NCBI GenBank assembly: GCA_964590575.1
Contig: CAZPWM010000048.1
Location: 1-16,400, forward strand
Direction of reading: 5' to 3'
Source of the DNA: an uncultured archaeon
GTDB taxonomy: Archaea > Asgardarchaeota > Thorarchaeia > Thorarchaeales > Thorarchaeaceae
DNA length: 16,400 nt
Positions 1-7,193 of this stretch are shown here, in pieces. The notes under the pieces were generated by a model. The model worked only from the letters and a program-made list of their open reading frames with translations. It ran no database searches and was not told where the DNA came from. Positions within the stretch are counted from its first letter, which is position 1, and each line of letters begins with the position of its first letter. The translations under genes were made by a program, and so were the position numbers.

Positions 1-204
1 GATGAATTCTTCAGGGTCCTCTATCATTGTTGGAGAAGGAGGGTTAGTAGGAAAAATCCCCACAATATCACCAACATGTGATCCGTAGCTACTCCTACAC
101 TCAGAACATACTGGTTCACAACCTTCACAGAATGTCTTGAAATTGATGAGATTTCCAATGACGCGTTCTGCAAACACGTCGCCGTATATTGCACCTATTC
201 GCAA
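1..204 (-). CDS. DUF166-family protein, N-terminal part (runs off the left edge of the window)
   Basis: Not in the ORF track; translated by hand. TTG start at 204, AGGTGA SD at 215-210, and an open frame to position 1: MRIGAIYGDVFAERVIGNLINFKTFCEGCEPVCSECRSSYGSHVGDIVGIFPTNPPSPTMIEDPEEFI. The 'ERVIGNL...IEDPEEF' pattern resembles the archaeal DUF166 N-terminus as I recall it. Confidence 0.7.
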   Translation of the reverse strand, partial: MRIGAIYGDVFAERVIGNLINFKTFCEGCEPVCSECRSSYGSHVGDIVGIFPTNPPSPTMIEDPEEFI

Positions 205-338
205 AAAAATCACCTATGAATTACCAACCTACATTTCTAATATTAAAAAAGGGTGCTGATAGCGGCTCAGAGGAAAAAAACGTGATAGCAGAAACATAAT
301 ATGCATCACAAGTCGAATCAAAATCGGGATGTCGTGAA

Positions 339-737
339 ATGGCATTAGGTGATTTTCTGTTTCCCCATGCGGATTTGAAGATTGTAATAGCTCGTTCCTT
401 TGAAGCTGATGTTGAATCTACAAAAGACATATTCTCAAAGGAGTTTCTCGAAAGCGCGGCACGCGTTCGGTTGAACAAAGGAGATTTGCAGCGATTAGGA
501 CTCAAAGAGGGAGGACATGTCAGTATCAAATCAAAGGCGGGAAATGTCGTGCTCGCCGCCTATAATGATGAGAAAGTCCCGGTAGGCACAGCTGTCATTC
601 CTTATGGGCCTTGGGCACTCAGCCTTATTTCAGTCCCAAAGGACGACACTCCACCACAATTGCATGGGGTTTCTGTGACTGTCACACGGAGTGAAGATGA
701 AGTCACTCCTCTTGAGAAACTTCTTGAGAGTTCTTGA
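339..737 (+). CDS. fwdD: Formylmethanofuran dehydrogenase subunit D-like protein (molybdopterin-dinucleotide-binding domain), degenerate
   Basis: 132 aa. 'LNKGDLQRLGLKEGGHVSIKSKAGNVV...IPYGPWA' matches the FwdD/FmdD double-psi barrel pattern and size. Confidence 0.8.
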   Translation: MALGDFLFPHADLKIVIARSFEADVESTKDIFSKEFLESAARVRLNKGDLQRLGLKEGGHVSIKSKAGNVVLAAYNDEKVPVGTAVIPYGPWALSLISVPKDDTPPQLHGVSVTVTRSEDEVTPLEKLLESS

Positions 738-2055
738 TTTCTTCAGCAACTTTCTTGGTGTTTCCCCGCTCAAACTGAAGATGCAAACGAGGGTTCTTCT
801 TCAACATTTCTCTGACTCGTTGAGCGGACATCATAGCGCGTGAGCGTTCGCCATCTTCAGAGTCCCAGCTCTTTTGGGTTGAGGTCTTGACCTGTAGCCT
901 CTGAACTGGTTCAACGGATATCTCCCGCTCAAAGAGACCACTTGGGGGTGGTTCCTTGCCAATCACAGCATCGAAAAAGAGTTTCCGTGCTCGTTCCCAT
1001 TCTCTCTCACGTTCAAGCTCGTCTAACAAGTAACCTTCTCTTTGAACATCGAGAACATCATAAGGACAAGAATGCTCGCAGGCACCACAATATACACAAT
1101 GATCAAGTATTGCAATCTTGTCAGCTGTGCCTGTGGGGTAAATAGCATCCACTGGACAGATGTTGAAACAGTTGTTGCATCCGGTTGGGTCGCATTTCTC
1201 AAGATGGGGTATTTTGACTTCTCCTGTGAACGGTTTTTCCACCTTCAGAGCCTCGTATGGACATACTATGGCACAAAGCCCACACTTCACACAGGTCTCA
1301 TCAATGTGAGTGAGTTTACCTGTAATAGTTGGCTGTTTTATCTCACGAGCACTTGCTTCAGTGCATCTTACCTCAATCGCATCATCAGGACAGATGTCTT
1401 GGCACAGACCACAATAATCGCAGTAATCCTCATCCACCCTTATACCGACAGCGGGTCTAAAGTCAGGAGGTTTTACCTCTTCTGTCCAAAATATCTTGAT
1501 GGCTTCAGGGCACAATATTTCACAGAGACCGCAATAGGAGCATTTGTCCTCATCAACCTTTATTGTGCCCTCTGCGTGTTCTTCACCCTTGTAAGTGACA
1601 AGAGCCTTCTTGTGATCGACCTTGACCTCAACCTCAAGAGAATCAGTTGGGCAAACCTTGGCACAGAGCAGACAGGGAGCACATTTTTCCTCGTCAATTT
1701 CATGAGTTCCTTGAATTCGGAGGAACTCATTCACTGCTCCTTCAGCTTCATACTTTGCCTCAAAAGCGCCATAGATGCACGAAGAGTCACATAGACCACA
1801 GAATGTACAGATATCTGGATCCACATTGACTAGAGGGGCACCTTCAATACGGCCAGATGCAGTTTCTTGAACTGGACCTAGAGTGATAGCTTCCCAAGGA
1901 CAAGGCAGACAGAGACTACACCCGACACACTTGGAAATCTCATAATCGAGGGTTCTGGTGAGAAGTGATGTCTTCCACGTTAGTTTGATTTTCCCATCAA
2001 CTACATCCATAGATATGACGGGTTTCTCACCAATTAGTACACCAGACTTGTCCAC
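703..2055 (-). CDS. fwdF: Polyferredoxin with 8 [4Fe-4S] motifs, FwdF/FmdF-like
   Basis: 450 aa, GTG start, with a GGAGGTGA SD overlapping the hdrA stop. Eight ferredoxin motifs: CVGCSLCLPCP, CTFCGLCDSSC, CAPCLLCAKVCP, CSYCGLCEILCP, CDYCGLCQDICP, CVKCGLCAIVCP, CDPTGCNNCFNICP, CVYCGACEHSCP. 'VEKPFTGEV' is typical of FwdF. Confidence 0.85.
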   Translation of the reverse strand: MDKSGVLIGEKPVISMDVVDGKIKLTWKTSLLTRTLDYEISKCVGCSLCLPCPWEAITLGPVQETASGRIEGAPLVNVDPDICTFCGLCDSSCIYGAFEAKYEAEGAVNEFLRIQGTHEIDEEKCAPCLLCAKVCPTDSLEVEVKVDHKKALVTYKGEEHAEGTIKVDEDKCSYCGLCEILCPEAIKIFWTEEVKPPDFRPAVGIRVDEDYCDYCGLCQDICPDDAIEVRCTEASAREIKQPTITGKLTHIDETCVKCGLCAIVCPYEALKVEKPFTGEVKIPHLEKCDPTGCNNCFNICPVDAIYPTGTADKIAILDHCVYCGACEHSCPYDVLDVQREGYLLDELEREREWERARKLFFDAVIGKEPPPSGLFEREISVEPVQRLQVKTSTQKSWDSEDGERSRAMMSAQRVREMLKKNPRLHLQFERGNTKKVAEEIKNSQEVSQEE

Positions 2056-2059
2056 GCAA

Positions 2060-4492
2060 TCACCTCCCCGTCACTCCTTCAGAGTCTTGTTTCCCTAGCA
2101 GGTTTCGAGGGGATTCCCTACCAAGTGGACCTAGTTTAACAATATCGTTAACAAATCGTGTTATCTGTTCAGCAAAACTATCTGCCTCAGATGCTGATGC
2201 GCTTCCAAAATACAACCGATGACTATCTATCCCTACGGCCTCGAGAATCTCCTTCATATTCTCAGTCCGGTCCTTCGCATAACGGGCACCAGAACGATAG
2301 TGGCAGTCCTGAACATGACAACCCATTACAGCAACACCATCTGCACCTTCTGCGAATGCGGTGAGTAAGGTGTCAACATTGAGACGACCTGTGCAGGGCA
2401 CTTGTATAGGAATCATATTGGGGGGATATTTCATACGTGCGGTTCCAGCTCTATCAGCGGCTGTGTAGGCACACCATCGGCAGAGATACCCCACAATAGC
2501 AGGCTTTAATGAGTTGAACTTGATTGCTGCTTTTGTTGCATTCTCAAGTTGTTCATTCGACATGCAAGGCAGGTCTAGTGCACCGGAGGGGCAGGCGGCT
2601 ACACATGCACCACACCCACGGCAAGCAGCTAGATCGACCTCTGGATAATTATGGTCGTTGAAAGTGATTGCCTTTGGGGTACAGATTTGTTCACATAACC
2701 GGCAGTTGATACACATCTCCTCATTGAAAGAGGGAGTGCAAACCTCAGCAATGATATCACCCGCGGTGAAGAGGGTTTTCACCTTCGAGGCGGCGAGTCC
2801 TGCATGAGCTACAGTATCTGCGATGTCCTTTGGACCTTGTGATACTCCAGCAAGAAAAACACCCTTGGAGGTAGTAGTACTCGGTCCAAGCTTAGGGTGT
2901 TGTTCTAAGAAGAATCCATTTTCATCGAGTGGTGTTTTGAACATCCGCGAGAGTTCTACGTTGCTAGGTTCTGCATCCATGCCTATCATTAGAACAACTA
3001 AATCAACCTCGAACTCAAGCATCCTTCTAACTAGTGTATCCTCAGCTCTAACAGTGATTTTGTCTGAAACTGGATCATGAACAACCTCTCCAATTGTCCC
3101 TCTGATAAAGTTGATTTTATACTCATCAGCAGCTCGTACATATAGCTCCTCTTGCCCCTTGCCAAACGCACGCATGTCGGTGTAAAAGACATATGCGTCA
3201 CAATCAGGTAATTGCTGCTTAACCTGCATCACTTCTTTAACTGCTGCAGTGCAACAGACTCTACTACAATATGGCCTGTTAAATCTGTGAGAACGACTTC
3301 CAACACAAGGCACAAAGACTATGTTTCGTGGTGGTTTTCCAGTAGAAGGACGTACAAGTTTACCTCCGCTTGGACCCTCAGGATTGACAAGTCGCTCGAG
3401 CTCAAGCGATGTAATGACATCTGGAATCTGTCCGTAACCGAACTCCTCAACAATAGTTGGGTCAAATGGCTCAAAGCCGGTCGCAAGAATGACTGCTCCC
3501 ACTTCAATAATCTCGGTTTGTTCAACCTCGTCATATCTGAGCGATTTTGGCTCACAGACTCCTGAGCAGGACTGACATCCTATACAATCTGACGGGTTTA
3601 TGTAAGGAGCAATTGGTACTGCATCAACCGAGGGGCGTACCATTGCTTTCCGCATCCCGAGCCCATTATTATACTCATCAGCTACCTCAACGGGGCACAC
3701 CTCAAGACATCGGTTGCAACCTGTGCAGGATTCAATGTCCACGTATCTGGGTTTTTGCCTCACTGTGACTCTATAATGACCTACATTGCCCTGGACCTCA
3801 GTCACCTCAGCAAGGGTAATGATTCTGATATTGGGATGTCGAGATAGCCTCGTCATCATTGGCCCTAGAATGCAAATACTGCAATCAAAGGTGGGAAAGA
3901 GTTTATCCCACTTCGCCATGTGACCACCGAGGAAACCTTCTCTCTCAACAATTATTGTGTCAATCCCTGAGTCTGCGAGCTCTAATGCACTGCTTATTCC
4001 TGCGACCCCACCACCAATAATCATTGCACGATGATTGATTGGTCTTACATGAGTAGGAATTGGATTTGAGTCTCGAACTTGGGCAATTCCAGTATCAATG
4101 ATTGCTGCAGCTTTTCTTGTTGCTGATGCAGGATCGTCATAGTGAACCCAGCTACACTGTTCACGAATGTTGGCCATGTGCAAGTGGCCAGGATCAATTC
4201 CAGCTTCTCTCATGGCATCTGAGAAAAGTTCTCGATGAAGAAGTGGTGAACATCCAGCGATGACAACTCGTTTTGCTTTGCTTTTCTTGACCTTCTCAAT
4301 GAGGTCATACACACCCTGTTCGGAACAGAGATGGTCATCTACTTCGACGAGGGGAATACCATCGGACTCGTATTTCTTCCGTAGAGAGTCAATGTCAATA
4401 GTGTCAGCTATGTTTGATCCGCAACGACATAGGAATACAGCTAGTTTGTCCCTCTTTGCATTCGTCTTTGATGGTTTCTTACTGCGGCTCAC
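2060..4492 (-). CDS. hdrA: Heterodisulfide reductase subunit A fused to a C-terminal MvhD ([2Fe-2S]) domain
   Basis: 810 aa, GTG start. N-terminal CRCGSNI/AGCSP/NIREQCSWVH; FAD motif IIGGGVAG; DKLFPTFDCSICIL; inserted ferredoxin pair; LELER; CVGSR...YCSRVCC; GPKDI; C-terminal ferredoxin pair; then MvhD motifs LCRWCAY, VPCTGR, GADGV, GCHVQDCHY. Confidence 0.95.
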   Translation of the reverse strand: MSRSKKPSKTNAKRDKLAVFLCRCGSNIADTIDIDSLRKKYESDGIPLVEVDDHLCSEQGVYDLIEKVKKSKAKRVVIAGCSPLLHRELFSDAMREAGIDPGHLHMANIREQCSWVHYDDPASATRKAAAIIDTGIAQVRDSNPIPTHVRPINHRAMIIGGGVAGISSALELADSGIDTIIVEREGFLGGHMAKWDKLFPTFDCSICILGPMMTRLSRHPNIRIITLAEVTEVQGNVGHYRVTVRQKPRYVDIESCTGCNRCLEVCPVEVADEYNNGLGMRKAMVRPSVDAVPIAPYINPSDCIGCQSCSGVCEPKSLRYDEVEQTEIIEVGAVILATGFEPFDPTIVEEFGYGQIPDVITSLELERLVNPEGPSGGKLVRPSTGKPPRNIVFVPCVGSRSHRFNRPYCSRVCCTAAVKEVMQVKQQLPDCDAYVFYTDMRAFGKGQEELYVRAADEYKINFIRGTIGEVVHDPVSDKITVRAEDTLVRRMLEFEVDLVVLMIGMDAEPSNVELSRMFKTPLDENGFFLEQHPKLGPSTTTSKGVFLAGVSQGPKDIADTVAHAGLAASKVKTLFTAGDIIAEVCTPSFNEEMCINCRLCEQICTPKAITFNDHNYPEVDLAACRGCGACVAACPSGALDLPCMSNEQLENATKAAIKFNSLKPAIVGYLCRWCAYTAADRAGTARMKYPPNMIPIQVPCTGRLNVDTLLTAFAEGADGVAVMGCHVQDCHYRSGARYAKDRTENMKEILEAVGIDSHRLYFGSASASEADSFAEQITRFVNDIVKLGPLGRESPRNLLGKQDSEGVTGR

Positions 4493-4649
4493 GAACTACA
4501 CCGTATTGTTCAATATTCCATATGGAAAGTTGTATAGGTCAACTTGTTACGACTTGTGTCATACCGGAAATATCTTGTGCTTTATACCGAAACACACAGA
4601 AACACACTCTTCAAAGAAACAAATGTTCAGATATTACGGAGATAAGACA
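4493..4649. promoter_or_regulatory. Divergent promoter region between the hdrA-fwdF and fwdG-fwdB-cooC units, with inverted and direct repeats
   Basis: Non-coding gap between divergent starts. TTTATA TATA-like box at 4581-4586; inverted repeats at 4504-4515, 4516-4527 and 4527-4545; direct repeat GAAACACAC at 4589 and 4599. Confidence 0.55.
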
Positions 4650-5108
4650 GTGAAACTCAACCCAATGGAACTATACAACTTGCTCCCTAAGACGAACTGC
4701 AGGCTTTGTGAACCCAAAACATGTATGGCTTTTGCAACGAAGCTTGCTCTGGGTGATATTTCACCTGATGATTGTCCTCCACTTCTCGAGTCTGGATTTG
4801 AGAAGAACTTAGAGAAGATCAGAAACATGGTGGCTCCTATGCTTTCTGCAGAAGCAACTGGGATTAAACTCGACGAGAGTAAATGTACAGGTTGCAACAA
4901 CTGTGTAGTAGTGTGCCCAGTAGATGTTGCTGCAGAACCTCCAACAAGTGAGGGAAAAGCAGCCATGAGCAAAGATACTGTCTTCAGGGTTGAGAATGGA
5001 ATATCAAAGATAATTAATCTGGAGAAATGTCGGAGATTTCCCCCGGATAAGTTGAACTGTCGAGTCTGCGAACAATATTGTTGCACTGATGCAATCGAAA
5101 TTTGGTAG
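4650..5108 (+). CDS. Fe-S protein: N-terminal CdhE/RnfB-type FeS domain fused to an FwdG-like ferredoxin
   Basis: The true start is probably GTG 4650 (GGAGA at 4638-4642); the ORF-track extension to 4260 overlaps hdrA in antisense. 152 aa: LYNLLPKTNCRLCEPKTCMAFATKL...CPPL, then CTGCNNCVVVCPV...EGK...VENG...C, which resembles FwdG. Confidence 0.8.
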   Translation: MKLNPMELYNLLPKTNCRLCEPKTCMAFATKLALGDISPDDCPPLLESGFEKNLEKIRNMVAPMLSAEATGIKLDESKCTGCNNCVVVCPVDVAAEPPTSEGKAAMSKDTVFRVENGISKIINLEKCRRFPPDKLNCRVCEQYCCTDAIEIW

Positions 5109-5118
5109 GTGATCGTGC

Positions 5119-6315
5119 ATGGAAAATATTGTTTGTAATGGGTGCTCTTTACTCTGCGATGACGTGTCAGCTGAGATGTCTGGCAAGAGTGTTAATTCGC
5201 TAGGACTTTGCAGATTGGGACATGCACATCTTGAAACAGCTGTCACTCACAAGGTTGGTTCATACGAAAAGGAACTGGAAAAGGCCGCAGACATCCTTGT
5301 GAATGCAGATAGCCTCCTTCTTTATGGATGGACTCATGCCACTGACGAATCTATCAAAGAGGGACTTGCACTAGCATCTTCTCTCGGTGGACATTTTGCT
5401 TCAACTGTGGATTTCGGAGCGATGCAAGTAATGTCCCATAATATCCATTCGAATGGTCTCGATATCGATTTAGAATATGTTCGAAACAATGGTGAGTTTA
5501 TCATTTACTGGGGATCTGACCCATCAGAGAGTTTGCATCGTCATCCCAGTAGATTTGCAGTCCTTCCCCGAGGAGAGAAGATACCAGAAGGCATAGAGAG
5601 TCGTACAATCGGTGTTATTGATGTTCGCCAGACTGAAACCATGAAGATGGCGAATCATAGACTCATTCTACCGCCTGGATCAGATGCGGAACTTCTGGAT
5701 ATTATTATATCAGAACTTGAAGGTAAATCATTAATCAAAGATAAGGTTCTTGGAATTCCCGGAAGTGAACTAGTAGGTTTTGTTAGAGGCCTTCAGAAAT
5801 CCGATTGTACAGTAATTTTCTATGGGAGTGGAATGATTAACTCTGGAAATCAGGAAGCCAACCTCTCAGGAATCGCAAAGCTTCTGGAAGTTCTAAGGAG
5901 TTCTGGGAAAGAAGCGTATTCTCTTCCCATGTTTGTTCAATCGAATACGATGGGGGTTGTCAAGACTCTATCCAAAGAAAAAACAAGAATCAACTCGCTC
6001 CAGAGAATAATTTCAGGAGATTATGATACTACTCTGATTGTGGGCGATGATGTGCTAGCAAATCTACCTGGACCAGCCGCTAAAGCACTTGCAAAAACAA
6101 AGATTGTCTACATTGGACCACCAGGGGGTTTGACTGATAAACGAGCTACAGCTTCAGTCCATACTTTAGATACAATTAGTGCAGGAACTGGAACCATGAC
6201 ACGAGTGGACATGCGCGAAATTAAGTTCAAGAAATGGAAAGCTAGTAAAGACGTTGGCACAACCACTGACATAATATTGAAACTACATGAACTAGTCCGT
6301 AAAAAGAAGGCATAG
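5119..6315 (+). CDS. fwdB: Formylmethanofuran dehydrogenase subunit B-like protein, apparently lacking the catalytic W/Mo ligand
   Basis: 398 aa, AGGTGA SD at 5107-5112. N-terminal CNGCSLLCDD...CRLG cluster motif, LLYGW, IIYWGSDP...RHPSR, IDVRQTET and GTMTRVD follow the FwdB/FhcB fold pattern. Confidence 0.8.
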   Translation: MENIVCNGCSLLCDDVSAEMSGKSVNSLGLCRLGHAHLETAVTHKVGSYEKELEKAADILVNADSLLLYGWTHATDESIKEGLALASSLGGHFASTVDFGAMQVMSHNIHSNGLDIDLEYVRNNGEFIIYWGSDPSESLHRHPSRFAVLPRGEKIPEGIESRTIGVIDVRQTETMKMANHRLILPPGSDAELLDIIISELEGKSLIKDKVLGIPGSELVGFVRGLQKSDCTVIFYGSGMINSGNQEANLSGIAKLLEVLRSSGKEAYSLPMFVQSNTMGVVKTLSKEKTRINSLQRIISGDYDTTLIVGDDVLANLPGPAAKALAKTKIVYIGPPGGLTDKRATASVHTLDTISAGTGTMTRVDMREIKFKKWKASKDVGTTTDIILKLHELVRKKKA

Positions 6316-6330
6316 ATTGGAGGAAAAAAT

Positions 6331-7128
6331 ATGAAAGTCGCAGTTGCTGGTAAGGGAGGCGTTGGTAAGACAACCATTGCCGGAACATTGGCAAGACTAC
6401 TTGGCAGAGATGGACTCAGGATTCTCGCTGTTGATGCGGATCCAAGTTACACCCTTTGGTCGGCGTTAGGTATACCTCCAGACGAAGCAAAGAAGATTAT
6501 TCCACTAACAGAGAATGAGACTCTGATAGAAGAAAGATTGAAAATTGATGGTGCTAAAGGTTACAGTGGTTTTTTCAAACTCAATCCCCGAGTTGATGAT
6601 CTTGCAGAGAAATTTGCAATTGAAGGTCCGGACAACGTGAGTCTCTTAGTAGCTGGCACTGTGGATATTGGAGGTTCTGGATGTATGTGCCCATCAGCAA
6701 CGCTTCTCAAGACGCTCATGCGCCATCTCATTCTTGGGACAGACGAAGCCTTTGTGATGGATATGGATGCAGGTATTGAGAATCTAGGAAGGGGAACTAC
6801 GAGGGGGATGGATGCGTTGTTAGTTGTTACAGAACCGGGTCGCCGTTCACTTGATATTCTTGGAAAAATTAGGAGTCTAGCACAGGATATCGATGTTGGA
6901 AGAGTCTTTGCTGTTGGAAATAAGGTGGCAGCTCCTGAGGATGAAGAGATGATTCAGGAATGGGTGAAGAGTGAGGAAATTCCTCTATTGGGAATCGTTC
7001 CTCTTGATGATACGATAAAACAAGCTGATCGAAAAGGAGTAGCACCTTTAGATTTAGACCCGAACTCACCTGGAATGCTGGCAATCAATGAGATAAAACA
7101 ACGCTTAATCGAAGAAACTGGCAATTAG
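6331..7128 (+). CDS. cooC: CO dehydrogenase maturation nickel-insertion ATPase (CooC family)
   Basis: 265 aa, GGAGG SD at 6319-6323. Deviant Walker A GKGGVGKT, VDADP, Ni-binding GSGCMCP, DMDAGIENLGRGT. Confidence 0.92.
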   Translation: MKVAVAGKGGVGKTTIAGTLARLLGRDGLRILAVDADPSYTLWSALGIPPDEAKKIIPLTENETLIEERLKIDGAKGYSGFFKLNPRVDDLAEKFAIEGPDNVSLLVAGTVDIGGSGCMCPSATLLKTLMRHLILGTDEAFVMDMDAGIENLGRGTTRGMDALLVVTEPGRRSLDILGKIRSLAQDIDVGRVFAVGNKVAAPEDEEMIQEWVKSEEIPLLGIVPLDDTIKQADRKGVAPLDLDPNSPGMLAINEIKQRLIEETGN

Positions 7129-7167
7129 TTGATATATTTACGGATTGAAAGTATCGATGAAAATCTA

Positions 7168-7193
7168 TGAACTTTATTAAGTGAACTACTTAA
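7168..7193 (+). promoter_or_regulatory. Putative archaeal promoter of the cdh operon, overlapped by an inverted repeat
   Basis: TTTATTAA at 7173-7180 in the AT-rich gap after cooC. TTAAGT-N5-ACTTAA at 7177-7193. Confidence 0.5.

Noticed and set aside
221-529. 102-aa minus-strand ORF
   Set aside because: Antisense to the fwdD-like gene and the intergenic gap; no motif support.
1042-1794. 250-aa plus-strand ORF
   Set aside because: Antisense shadow of the polyferredoxin, with no recognisable motifs.
4260-4649. N-terminal 130-codon extension of the 282-aa ORF
   Set aside because: It overlaps hdrA in antisense and spans the promoter region. Recognisable domain sequence begins at GTG 4650, which has its own SD-like motif.
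2060-6315. Possible selenocysteine recoding in HdrA, MvhD or FwdB
   Set aside because: No in-frame TGA interrupts these ORFs. HdrA and MvhD have Cys at the relevant motifs and FwdB has Gly. The terminal TGAs fall at plausible protein ends, and I saw no convincing SECIS.
5119-6315. fwdB-like gene as a pseudogene
   Set aside because: No frameshift or internal stop, near full length, strong SD and retained Fe-S cysteines.
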